A stretch of DNA of 64,000 bases from Planctomycetaceae bacterium (GTDB lineage Bacteria; Planctomycetota; Planctomycetia; Pirellulales; Pirellulaceae), in assembly GCA_007121535.1 (NCBI GenBank), contig SKKK01000168.1, positions 16,956-80,955 on the forward strand, given 5' to 3'. Every line of letters starts with the position of its first letter. The stretch's first letter is position 1. Position numbers and translations under genes: made by a program. This document shows positions 10,210 to 19,027 of this stretch, piece by piece. The notes below the pieces were generated by a model that ran no database searches, had not been told where the DNA came from, and saw only the letters and a list, made by a program, of their open reading frames with translations.

Positions 10210-10268
10210 TTCGAGAAGGCTCAAGCAGATGGCAGAAAGATTGATAGCAGAAAGATGCTTGTGAACTA

Positions 10269-10320
10269 CCCCCCCTGCCCTGCTTGGTGAGCCCGAGCCC
10301 AGGACGAGTGCTTGGATAAG
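10269..10320 (+). repeat. direct repeat, left copy, flanking the TA cassette
   Basis: CCCCCCCTGCCCTGC..GGTGAGCCCGAGCCCAGGACGAGTGCTTGGATAAG. The 35-nt core matches 11304-11338 at 30/35 positions. Confidence 0.75.
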
Positions 10321-10381
10321 TGTGTCGCGCCAAGCGGAACAGAACGACGCAGTTTTCCGCTCGGTTTCGAGATGTTGCACC

Positions 10382-10741
10382 TTATGCCCGAAGCGGAAGG
10401 TACACGACCACTCGGTTTCGGATCTCGGACTCCGACATGCACTCGGCGATCAGGAGAATGTCGTCAATGGCTGAGCCGATAGATTGGTAGTTGCTCGTAA
10501 CGATGATACCAGGGGTCGGTGTGCCGTCCGCCGCCGCTTGGTATGCGACAGCGATCATGGTGTTGCGATCGTTAGTAATGAGGATTCGGTTCTGGTCCGC
10601 AGCCCATGCAAGCACCTCTGGATCTGCGGTCCCTTCGGGCAAAGTGTCCTGAACGCGAACCAGATCAATCTCAACGCATCGTCGGCACAGGCCGCGGAGA
10701 ATCGCACCATGAACGTCGGCATCACTAGCCAAGTTGAGCAT
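10382..10741 (-). CDS. DUF5615 (PIN-like/Mut7-C) putative toxin
   Basis: MLNLASDADVHGAILRGLCRR..IDLVRVQD...EVLAWAADQNRILITNDRNTM. Overlaps the upstream DUF433 gene by 17 nt. Confidence 0.8.
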   Translation of the reverse strand: MLNLASDADVHGAILRGLCRRCVEIDLVRVQDTLPEGTADPEVLAWAADQNRILITNDRNTMIAVAYQAAADGTPTPGIIVTSNYQSIGSAIDDILLIAECMSESEIRNRVVVYLPLRA

Positions 10742-11090
10742 CAGCCGGTTCCGAGGTCGCTCGACGCGCCAATAGTGCGTATTGCGAGACCGGGGGGTTT
10801 TGGGTCTCGATCGTCACCCGCAATGACTCGGCTTCATCCCTTCGATGCTCTAGATACTTCTGCACATCGCCGCAATGCCGCAGATAGTACCCAATTGCCG
10901 AGTAGACGTCTGCCAACACCAAGGTGTCGTAAGCATGAACCATTTCCTCGGGGGTCATGCCGTTATCGTACTGTTCGACCACCAGATCGAGGCTGATGCG
11001 ACTGCTTCCAACGCGAACCACGCCGCCCGGGTCTACGCGCAACGGCGGCTTTTCGGCACAAATCGGCAACACACTTGCCGTGATGGTCAT
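10725..11090 (-). CDS. DUF433 domain protein (putative antitoxin)
   Basis: DPGGVVRVGSSRISLDLVVEQYDNGMTPEEMVHAYDTLVLADVYSAIGYYLRH is a typical DUF433 core. Confidence 0.85.
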   Translation of the reverse strand: MTITASVLPICAEKPPLRVDPGGVVRVGSSRISLDLVVEQYDNGMTPEEMVHAYDTLVLADVYSAIGYYLRHCGDVQKYLEHRRDEAESLRVTIETQNPPVSQYALLARRATSEPADAQLG

Positions 11091-11127
11091 GAAACACCTT
11101 TCTCAAATCCGAGGCCGTAACAAAAGC

Positions 11128-11169
11128 GGCCCGGGAGACCTTCGGTCGACGGGATCGGAGACCCGCGCC
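11128..11169 (-). repeat. GGTCTC-type terminator-like repeat (inverted orientation)
   Basis: GGCCCGGGAGACCTTCGGTCGACGGGATCGGAGACCCGCGCC. Its reverse complement shares GCGCGGGTCTC and CGACCGAAGGTCTCC with 19716-19808 and 25553-25622. Confidence 0.5.
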
Positions 11170-11282
11170 AAACTTTTGTTAGCGCCTTTAAGCAGCTAGT
11201 CTTTTGGTTCCAAACGGTATTATAGACGTTCGTCGTGGGTCTGTCAGTACTGACTCGGCCGGATGCTCGCAATGTCCCATGC

Positions 11283-11338
11283 CCCCCTGCCCTGCCCTGC
11301 TCGGTGAGCACGAGCCGAAAACGAGTGCTTGGAAAAGC
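11283..11338 (+). repeat. direct repeat, right copy, flanking the TA cassette
   Basis: CCCCCCTGCCCTGCCCTGCTCGGTGAGCACGAGCCGAAAACGAGTGCTTGGAAAAG. Confidence 0.75.
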
Positions 11339-11378
11339 ATACCTGACTGAGCAACTTTACCTGACCGACAACAGAGAA

Positions 11379-12464
11379 TCAGCGATGGAAGGCGTCGATC
11401 TTCCAGCCGCCGAGGGTGCGTTCGAAAGCAATGGACTGTTTCTCTTCGAAACCGCGGGCGGTCGAAAGGACCACGCCGGTCGCACGGTCCCCGTCGATCT
11501 TGACTTCCGTCAGTTCCGATTGGGCGGCGAAGGGGCCTCCTCCCGGACCGTCGGCGATCTGTCTCAAGGCGGCGATCATGTCCGCGATGAACCCGTTGCG
11601 ATCCCGGATGGGCGCCAGGACCCGGTCCACTCTTTCCGCGTCGGCAGCGCTGGGCATCGAGGGCAGCTCTTTCGCCATGCGTTGCACGGTTTCATCGTCC
11701 AGTCGGTGTCGTTGCAATACGTCCAGGATCGGCTGGAACTTTGCATCGACGGCTTGCTCCGCTCCTGTGCCACCAGTCGAGGCAAACTTGCGTGCGGCGA
11801 TAATCTGGGCCATGTTTTGAACCATACCGCCGGCCAGCAAGTCGCGGGAAGGCGGTGTCAAACAACCACAGAAGCTTCTCCAATCTTCGCGTTCCGATGC
11901 CTGTCTAGCCGCTGCAAACACGGCCTCAGGCGACCGGTAACCGCCCGAGAGCAATGGCAGCACCAAAGGGACGATCATCCACAGCGCGATCAACGCAACC
12001 AAGACGCCCGCGATGCCTCCGCCCACCATCAGCACCAGGCGGATCGAAGGGAAATTCCGCTTGGTCCTGCGTCGTACGGGCGCCCGGGCGGGAGCTGACA
12101 AGACGGTTGACGAAGTCGGACCGGGCAGCGGAGTTCCAAGGTTCGCCAAGTCGATGTCGCCCAGTCCCAACGGGTCGTCCTCGATCACCGGCGCCACCGC
12201 CGCAGCCGGCGTCGGAATCCGCAGCGGTACGCCACAAGCCGGACACGCAATCCGCTTGCCGGCCAATTCCGGCTTGGCGCGGAACGATCGGCCACATTGG
12301 CAGGTGACCGTCAGCGACGGCGGCTTCGAGCCGCTGGGAACTCGCGGGCGTGGAGCCGGAATCTGCAAGGCGTTCCCGCAAACGGGACACGGTACCCGCT
12401 GGCCCGCAAGCTCCGGCTTGGCACGAAACGATTGGCCACAAGAACAGGTGACAAGTAACGACAT
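11379..12464 (-). CDS. membrane protein with two N-terminal zinc-ribbon modules
   Basis: MSLLVTCSCGQSFRAKPELAGQRVPCPVCGNALQIP and TVTCQCGRSFRAKPELAGKRIACPACGVPLRIP, followed by one TM helix. The ORF is open to 12542, but ATG 12464 fits the module start. Confidence 0.75.
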   Translation of the reverse strand: MSLLVTCSCGQSFRAKPELAGQRVPCPVCGNALQIPAPRPRVPSGSKPPSLTVTCQCGRSFRAKPELAGKRIACPACGVPLRIPTPAAAVAPVIEDDPLGLGDIDLANLGTPLPGPTSSTVLSAPARAPVRRRTKRNFPSIRLVLMVGGGIAGVLVALIALWMIVPLVLPLLSGGYRSPEAVFAAARQASEREDWRSFCGCLTPPSRDLLAGGMVQNMAQIIAARKFASTGGTGAEQAVDAKFQPILDVLQRHRLDDETVQRMAKELPSMPSAADAERVDRVLAPIRDRNGFIADMIAALRQIADGPGGGPFAAQSELTEVKIDGDRATGVVLSTARGFEEKQSIAFERTLGGWKIDAFHR

Positions 12465-12803
12465 GGCTTGGTCTCGTTTGGCAGAACAAACGACCGACAA
12501 TTCACGAAATCGTGTTTTGATCTGACGAAACCCGACTGTCAAGACGCCACGCTCGTTTTTTGGTTCGATTTGGGATCGTTTTGGATGGTCACTTGGTATC
12601 GTGAGACGGGGCCCGGTTCACCCCCGATGACCGTGGGAATCCTTGGCCGGTGCTAGCAGTGCTTGCAAGCCGTGATTTCGTACCCGAAGCGATTTCTTTG
12701 CTCTGGCAGGTATTGCCTAACGACAAAACAACCTGGATACTAGGAAAAGTGCGAGCTGCCCAGGAAACGCCCTTCACGGCACGATTTAAGGAGGAGACGT
12801 TCG

Positions 12804-13187
12804 ATGACAGTGGACTTGGCCCCCGGGTGGAAAACCAGTTTGGAACACGGCCCCAATTGGCTTTTTGTCAAAATGCATGGGCCGTTCGGCGATACGGCGG
12901 ACGCCGCCGGTATCGCCGACAGCATCGCTCTGATGATGCAACAGGATCTGGTGGATCGAATCGTCTTGGAGCTGGACGAGCTGTCGAACATGCCCGCGGA
13001 TTTCATCCGGGAGTTGTTCGATCTTCGCGAGCGAGTGGACCGTAATGGCGGGCAGTTGCGACTGTGTGGTCTGTGCGACGATCATCGGAGTGTTCTGGAA
13101 GCTCACGATTTTTCCCGCCGGTTCGTCCCGTTCCGCAACCGCAAAGAAGCCATTCTGGGCTTCTACCGGCCTAACAAACCGCGTTAG
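12804..13187 (+). CDS. STAS-domain protein (anti-sigma-factor-antagonist-like)
   Basis: 127 aa; ...RIVLELDELSNMPADFIRELFDLRERVDRNGGQLRLCGL...VLE resembles SpoIIAA/STAS. Confidence 0.7.
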   Translation: MTVDLAPGWKTSLEHGPNWLFVKMHGPFGDTADAAGIADSIALMMQQDLVDRIVLELDELSNMPADFIRELFDLRERVDRNGGQLRLCGLCDDHRSVLEAHDFSRRFVPFRNRKEAILGFYRPNKPR

Positions 13188-13215
13188 AACGGGCGAAGAA
13201 AAGCGTTCCGTCGTC

Positions 13216-13455
13216 TCATTTGGCCCGTCGAGGCACGGTCCAGCAGACTTCCAGAAGATTTTCCACGGCATCCACACCCTCGATGCTGCGGACCGTCTCC
13301 TGAGCCATCTGCTTTTGATAGTACGAGTTGACGATGCCCTGCAACCGGACATGACCCTGATTCGCCTCGATGGTCAGACTGCGACCGGCCAAGTGAGGAT
13401 TCAAGCTGATCGCGTGTTCGATCCGATCGATCAAGGAAGCCACCGTTTCCAACAT
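13216..13455 (-). CDS. BON domain protein
   Basis: RIEHAISLNPHLAGRSLTIEANQGHVRLQGIVNSYYQKQMAQETVRSIEGVDAVENLLEV is a single BON domain. The ORF is open further upstream to 13758, so the start is uncertain. Confidence 0.7.
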   Translation of the reverse strand: MLETVASLIDRIEHAISLNPHLAGRSLTIEANQGHVRLQGIVNSYYQKQMAQETVRSIEGVDAVENLLEVCWTVPRRAK

Positions 13456-13723
13456 GATCCATTCCCTTCCGTCAGAGGAAGCGTCTCCATCCGGCTCGGT
13501 TCGTGCGAAGTGCGAGCCATCCCCGTGCACGCTGCTGGATGCATGCCTGATGAACGGCAGAAGATCAACCGATATCAGTCCAGCATGGCCAAATTCTAGT
13601 GCGCAAGCCAGTCTTGCGGCAAGACCGATTTTTTCCGCGCTTTTCGGCTGCTGGTCAAAGCGAGCACTGTTCGAGAAACAACGCATGCAACCTGCGGTAC
13701 TCGGCAGCCCCGATTCGCCGCTG

Positions 13724-13739
13724 CCCCCTGCCCTGCCCC
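13724..13739 (-). repeat. C-rich/G-tract motif copy
   Basis: CCCCCTGCCCTGCCCC followed by GCTGGCCGAT, as at 7589. Confidence 0.7.
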
Positions 13740-13804
13740 GCTGGCCGATGCGAGGCACGTTTGTGGCTCAAGGACCAGCAATTCAATAGGTATCGGATTT
13801 GGCT

Positions 13805-13930
13805 GGATGGTACGCCACGGGGTCGGGAGTCGTTTTTCGGGCAACGATCAGCCACATGGTAAGCAGTTTGCCCGAAAACGACTCCCGACCCCGTGCGCGA
13901 AACGCGACACGAATTCATTTGCCGGTCCGA
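13805..13930 (+). repeat. ~125-nt hairpin element, full copy
   Basis: Arms GGGGTCGGGAGTCGTTTTTCGGGCAA (13819-13844) and TTGCCCGAAAACGACTCCCGACCCC (13868-13892). Conserved tail ..AAACGCGACA..TTCATTTGCCGGTCC. Other copies at 28940-29060 and 56941-57001. Confidence 0.8.
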
Positions 13931-13956
13931 ACGCTACGACTTTCGCACCATCCGGG

Positions 13957-15579
13957 TCACAGCCAGGATGGCAGTTGGCTGGCCGGCGGCAGCGAGACGA
14001 CTCGTGCGTCCAGAACCCCCTTCTCGTTCAACAGTTCTTTCAGGGTGTCCTGGTTGGGGACGCCGTCCAGGTTCAGCACACCGATCGCTTCGCCACCCGG
14101 TTCGTGCCTGGTGCGACCGACGGACATTTGGGCGATATTGATACCGTTTCTGCCAAAGATCGAGCCCACGGCGCCGATGATGCCGGGGACGTCCATGTGC
14201 TTGAACGCGAACAAGTTTCCATCCAGATAGGCCTCCAGCCGATAGTCGCCCAGCCGGATTAACCTCGGCATGTTATTGCCGAACAGCGTACCGCCGACGA
14301 CCATTTTTCGGCCATCCCGAGTCAACTCGACCGTCATCGACGAACTGAAGACGCCCGCTTTGACCTGGGTCTCTTCTGTCAACTCGACGCCCAATTCGCG
14401 CATCAGCACGTCGGCGTTGACGATATTCACCTCTTCTTCCATGGCCCCTTCGAGCAGACCGGCGCAGAATGCCGAGGTCAACAGTCGCGTCTCACGATCA
14501 GCCACCTCGCCGCGATATTGCAACACGCAGGCTTCGATCGCGCCGCTCTGGTACTGGGCCAGGAAGCGTCCCAGCCGATAAGCCAAGTCGATATAGCCTC
14601 GCAGCACGGCCAACGTCTTGGGATCGACCGAAGCCGTATTGACGGCATGGCGGATCTCACCCGAGGTCAGGTAATTGATGATCAACTGACAGGCCTCGAC
14701 CGCCACTTGGGTTTGAGCCTCCTCGGTGCTGGCCCCCAGATGTGGCGTGCAGACAACGTTCGGCATCTGGAACAGGGGGCTGGCGGTACATGGTTCCTCG
14801 ATAAACACATCCAGGGCCACGCCTCCCAATTTTCCGCTCTTTAACCCTTCGACCAGCGCTTCTTCGTCATAGATCCCGCCTCGCGCCGCATTGATCAAAC
14901 GCACGCCGGGGCGCATTCGCTCGAGTTCCGCAAAGCCGATCAGATTTCTGGTTTCGGGGGTCAACGGGGTGTGGACCGTCAAGTAATCGACGTGGGGCAG
15001 CATTTCGTGGACCGTTTCGGCTCGTTCGATCCCAAGTTTCGTGGCCGTTTCGGCGGTCAGGAAAGGATCGTAGCCGATCACGCGCATATCAAAGGCCAGT
15101 GCCCGCCGCGCGACCTCCCGCCCGATTCGTCCCAAGCCCACAATACCCAACGTCTTGTCGGCCAATTGAATGCCCATGTAGGATTTGCGGTCCCACCGGC
15201 CTTCGATCAGACTCTGGTGGGCCGCGGCGATGTTGCGGGACAGGGCCAGCATCAGAGCGAATGCGTGTTCGGCCGTGCTGAGGGTATTGCCGCCGGGCGT
15301 GTTCATGACCACGATTCCCTGCCGAGTCGCCATGGTCTTGTCGATGTTGTCCGTACCCACCCCGGCGCGGGCGATGGCTCGCAAACGGCGATTTCCAGCC
15401 AGCACGTCCCCGGTAATCTTGACCCCGCTCCGACAGATCGCGCCGTCGAAATCGGACAATGCCGCTCGCAATTCGGCGCCTTTCAGCTTCGTGCGGATTT
15501 CGTACGCGATGCCTTCGGCGGCGTCCAGCAAGTCCAGTCCCTCCCGCGCGATGTCGTCCAATACGATCACCTTTTGCAT
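13957..15579 (-). CDS. serA: D-3-phosphoglycerate dehydrogenase (long form with ACT domain)
   Basis: MQKVIVLDDIAREGLDLL..., GIVGLGRIGREVARR (NAD-binding site), TPHLGAST. ~540 aa from ATG 15579. Confidence 0.95.
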   Translation of the reverse strand: MQKVIVLDDIAREGLDLLDAAEGIAYEIRTKLKGAELRAALSDFDGAICRSGVKITGDVLAGNRRLRAIARAGVGTDNIDKTMATRQGIVVMNTPGGNTLSTAEHAFALMLALSRNIAAAHQSLIEGRWDRKSYMGIQLADKTLGIVGLGRIGREVARRALAFDMRVIGYDPFLTAETATKLGIERAETVHEMLPHVDYLTVHTPLTPETRNLIGFAELERMRPGVRLINAARGGIYDEEALVEGLKSGKLGGVALDVFIEEPCTASPLFQMPNVVCTPHLGASTEEAQTQVAVEACQLIINYLTSGEIRHAVNTASVDPKTLAVLRGYIDLAYRLGRFLAQYQSGAIEACVLQYRGEVADRETRLLTSAFCAGLLEGAMEEEVNIVNADVLMRELGVELTEETQVKAGVFSSSMTVELTRDGRKMVVGGTLFGNNMPRLIRLGDYRLEAYLDGNLFAFKHMDVPGIIGAVGSIFGRNGINIAQMSVGRTRHEPGGEAIGVLNLDGVPNQDTLKELLNEKGVLDARVVSLPPASQLPSWL

Positions 15580-15634
15580 TTGCCGTTCCTTTTTTGCTAG
15601 CGAAGTAAAGACACCGGGTTGTTTCACCAAGCGA

Positions 15635-16732
15635 TCAGTTTGCATGCCGCGATGCGAAATCCTGCATAAAATCACCCAGGCAGCGGACTCCTTCGACAGG
15701 CATGGCGTTGTAGATCGACGCGCGGATGCCCCCGACGCTGCGATGACCCTTCAGCGAACTCAGGCCGTTCCGTTCGGCCTCCGTCAGGAAAGCCTTCTCC
15801 AATTCCTGGTCGGGCAAGCGGAACGTCACGTTCATCACCGATCGATCTTCCGCCCGCGCGTGTCCCCGATAGAAGCCGTTACTGGCGTCGATCACCCGGT
15901 ACAGCATCTGAGCCTTGTCGACGTTTTGAGCATACATCTTATCCAAACCGCCGATCTCCTGCTGTAACCAACGGGCGACCAGATCGAAGACGTAGATCCC
16001 GAAAACGGCCGGCGTGTTCCAGAGCGAATCGTTGTCGGCATGAATTCCATAGTTCAGGTATCCCGGCAATTCGGCCGAACTGCGAGCCAGCAGATCCTCG
16101 CGGATGATTACCAGGGTCAAGCCCGCCGGACCCGCGTTCTTTTGAGCACAAGCGTACAGCAGGCCGTAACGGGTTATGTCCAGCGGTCGATGCAAAAAGT
16201 CGGATGACGCATCGCACACCAGAGGAACCTGCCCGGTGTCCGGTTCCTCGCGAAATTGGACGCCTTCGATCGTTTCGTTCGAAGTGATATGCACGTAGGC
16301 TGCGTCCGAAGTCAATTGAAGCTGGTCGGGCGCGGGCAACCGGTCGTAACGATCCGCTTTCCCATCCCAAGCCACACGCACCGGCCCGGCTTTCACCGCC
16401 TCCTTCAACGCGCTGATACCCCACGATCCCGTCAAGATGTAATCCGCCGATGGGGTGCTGGCCGTCAGCAGATTCATCGGCACCATAGAGAACTGCAGTC
16501 GCGCACCGCCCTGCAGAAACAAGACCCGATAATTGTCCGGAATCGAAAGCAGCGCGGTCAGCCCTTTCTTCGCGGAATCCAAGATCTCTGCGAACGTCTT
16601 GCTGCGGTGGCTGATCTCCAGGACCGAAGCCCCAACACCGGGCAGTGCCAACAGGTCACGCTGAGCCTGCTGGAGGACCGGCAAAGGCAGCGTCGCAGGC
16701 CCGGCCGAAAAATTGTAAATGCGATCCTTCAT
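15635..16732 (-). CDS. serC: phosphoserine aminotransferase
   Basis: MKDRIYNFSAGPATLPLPVL...; AQKNAGPAGLTLVIIRE contains the PLP lysine region. Confidence 0.95.
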   Translation of the reverse strand: MKDRIYNFSAGPATLPLPVLQQAQRDLLALPGVGASVLEISHRSKTFAEILDSAKKGLTALLSIPDNYRVLFLQGGARLQFSMVPMNLLTASTPSADYILTGSWGISALKEAVKAGPVRVAWDGKADRYDRLPAPDQLQLTSDAAYVHITSNETIEGVQFREEPDTGQVPLVCDASSDFLHRPLDITRYGLLYACAQKNAGPAGLTLVIIREDLLARSSAELPGYLNYGIHADNDSLWNTPAVFGIYVFDLVARWLQQEIGGLDKMYAQNVDKAQMLYRVIDASNGFYRGHARAEDRSVMNVTFRLPDQELEKAFLTEAERNGLSSLKGHRSVGGIRASIYNAMPVEGVRCLGDFMQDFASRHAN

Positions 16733-16900
16733 CGTATGGGTACCGTGGCCATTTCAAGGTGGGAGGATATGTCTTCAGACGCGCCATCCGGGCGGCAACA
16801 CTCAATTCCGCCAGCGTCCGAGTCCTTCAACGAAGGCACGGATTGTAAGATATGGATAAGGGGCTGAGAAGGACCGTCGCCACGAATTGGGGGAGTCAAC

Positions 16901-17647
16901 TTAACGATTGACCGGCGGCGTCGAGGTCACGGTTCGCGTGCCAGGTGCCTGTTGAGTGCTGTTGTACGCGATGGATCGGTTCAACGAAGCGATCCGTTCG
17001 GCAACTTGGGGCTGGAAACGATTCAGACTGTAGGACTGCTGATAATTGGCCAGAGCCTGGACGTAATCTCCCGATTGTTCGCGCAGACGGCCCAACGCAT
17101 TCCAGGCCCGGGCGCTGTACTGGTCGACCTGCAACGCTTCGGCCAGATGCGCCTTGGCGGCTTCCACATCTCCGAATTCTTCATGCAGACGCGCCAATTC
17201 GATGCGAGCATCCGGGTTTCTCGGATCCCGCATCGTCCAGTTCCTTAGGAGGGTAAAAGCGCGATCGGAGCGGCCCGTCTCCGACAGCAGCACCGCCAAA
17301 CCTCGATAACATTCCGTGTGGTTGGGATCCAGGTCCAGGGACCGGTTATACAGCGTCTCCGCTTGCCCCAGCAGTTCGCTGTCGTTGCGGGCAACCCCCA
17401 TACGATGAACGGTCGCCGCCATGTTGTAGTATGCGTCTGCATTGTTCGCATCGCTGGCAACCGCTTTCTGGAACGTATGCATGGCCGCATCGTACTGACC
17501 TTGCTGGTACAATCGAACGCCCTGCAAATTCTGACCGTCGGCGGCCATCTTGCAGCCACTGGCTGCGACCACGGATAAAACAAGGATGGCGCGCAAGAAC
17601 CCCGGTCGAAAGGAGGGCACACAGGCGAAATGTTCGATTTGGTTCAC
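16901..17647 (-). CDS. tetratricopeptide-repeat lipoprotein
   Basis: Lipobox VAASGC after a signal peptide, followed by repeated TPR-like A..YYN.A/..A...Y..AL motifs. Confidence 0.85.
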   Translation of the reverse strand: MNQIEHFACVPSFRPGFLRAILVLSVVAASGCKMAADGQNLQGVRLYQQGQYDAAMHTFQKAVASDANNADAYYNMAATVHRMGVARNDSELLGQAETLYNRSLDLDPNHTECYRGLAVLLSETGRSDRAFTLLRNWTMRDPRNPDARIELARLHEEFGDVEAAKAHLAEALQVDQYSARAWNALGRLREQSGDYVQALANYQQSYSLNRFQPQVAERIASLNRSIAYNSTQQAPGTRTVTSTPPVNR

Positions 17648-17827
17648 GGCTCACACGCTTTGCTGACAGGACATGTCGAATCGAAATCCAGCCCCCGCTA
17701 CGAAGCGGTGGCTCGAAAAGCGATGCGAAGGTTAGCCGCAAGCCGTATTCAGAACAATAGCAATTTGGAGGCCAACGATCCGGGAATCGCGGATCAGGAG
17801 CGGTCCGGACCACGATAATCAGCCATC

Positions 17828-18166
17828 TCAGCCGGTGGCGACCTCGGCGTCCGCCGGGATGCGAACGTAACCCAAGGTGCGGATGACCTCCAAGATCTCG
17901 CTGCACGTCGGGAACATCCGGCCGCTGCTTCGCTTGTAAGCATCCAACGCCTGCATGAACTCGATCTCCTCCTGAGAATAATCCCGCTCGCAGGTGGTTG
18001 GGTCGATTTGGCGACGCCGGTAGGCTTTGCCACGCCGCTTGCCCCGCGTGGGTTGAGAATCTTCATCGCAGCAAGCGAGATTCGTGCTGTCGAATTCATC
18101 GACGGCGTCGCGGCTGTCGCAGTCTTGCGGTGCGAGTTCATCTACCGGGAAATAGGTCGCTGTCAT
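17828..18166 (-). CDS. hypothetical protein
   Basis: 112-aa ORF with coding-like composition (…YSQEEIEFMQALDAYKRSSGRMFPTCSEILEVIRTLGY). No family recognised. Confidence 0.5.
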   Translation of the reverse strand: MTATYFPVDELAPQDCDSRDAVDEFDSTNLACCDEDSQPTRGKRRGKAYRRRQIDPTTCERDYSQEEIEFMQALDAYKRSSGRMFPTCSEILEVIRTLGYVRIPADAEVATG

Positions 18167-18360
18167 CTGGCGTTGCTCCTATTGATCAGTCAGGGAATCT
18201 TTGTCGACTTGGCGATCCGAATCGCCTGCAACGATATTTTCGGCTATAGAAACGTACCACGAAAAATGGGATGATTGGGAAACTTGAGAAATTTTTGTCG
18301 TTTTTTCTGAAGAAACGATACTTGAATGCCGAAAACCAGGCGATGGTCAGACAATCGTGG

Positions 18361-18381
18361 CCCCCCTGCCCTCCCCGCCCC
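18361..18381 (-). repeat. C-rich/G-tract motif copy
   Basis: CCCCCCTGCCCTCCCCGCCCC. Confidence 0.65.
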
Positions 18382-18625
18382 GTCAGCACCGACCAGACCA
18401 CCACGTGTTTGTGTGGTATGTGGAATCTTTGGGGCCGGATCTCTTCTCGCAAGCACGTCAATGCCACCCTTGCTCGGCCACTGACGTTCGGATGCAGCCG
18501 CGACTGCAACGCCTGCTGTGCGTGTGGATCATTTGAAAAATTGGCTAAGTCGGCGTTTTCTGACGTCGCATGACCGATTTTAGCCAATTCTTTTGTATCC
18601 AAATCTCAGTAGGAGAATAAAGCAA

Positions 18626-18862
18626 ATGTTTGCGAATTTGATTCTTGTGTCGATGCTCACCGTGCCCGCGGCGCAGGCTGAGTCACCTGTTTGCCCGTGT
18701 GAGTCGGAGTGTGTTTGCGTGGTCTGCGCATGTTGCCAGGCGGCCGTCAAGGCAGCGTGCGAGTGCCCATGCGGTACCCAATGCGCGTGCAGCACCGACT
18801 GTGCATGCCCCGGTTGCAAGTGCTGCACTTTGGTGAAGAAGCGCTGCCGAGTGGCGGCCTAG
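18626..18862 (+). CDS. secreted cysteine-rich (metallothionein-like) small protein
   Basis: AGGAGA RBS at 18611-18616 and ATG at 18626. Signal peptide MFANLILVSMLTVPAAQA, then a 60-residue region with 18 Cys in CxC/CC patterns (CPCESECVCVVCACC...CECPCGTQCACSTDCACPGCKCC). Confidence 0.7.
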   Translation: MFANLILVSMLTVPAAQAESPVCPCESECVCVVCACCQAAVKAACECPCGTQCACSTDCACPGCKCCTLVKKRCRVAA

Positions 18863-18993
18863 TGCGTTGTCTAGGCGAAAAATGCGGATTGTGAGCGGCA
18901 CGGCACTAGCCACCGGTTCTGGACGCCAACGGCGGCTAGCGCCGCGCCGCTCACTCATCGCGACCGCAAGATTTCGCCTGGACAACGCACTAG
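18859..18993 (+). other. long nested inverted repeat (~135 nt) starting at the stop codon of the Cys-rich gene
   Basis: Outer arms CTAGTGCGTTGTCTAGGCGAAA (18859-18880) and TTTCGCCTGGACAACGCACTAG (18972-18993) pair at 21/22 positions. Inner arms GTGAGCGGC (18891-18899) and GCCGCTCAC (18946-18954). Confidence 0.7.
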
Positions 18994-19027
18994 TGGGCTG
19001 CGAACGGCGGGCTTGGTCACATCACGA

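Noticed and set aside
12418-12435. TGGCAC sequences as sigma-54 promoters (given the sigma-54 activator at 23118-24551); other TGGCAC occurrences near 31293, 38936, 53915 and 61193
   Set aside because: None has TTGC(A/T) at the required 5-nt spacing, and most lie inside coding sequences.
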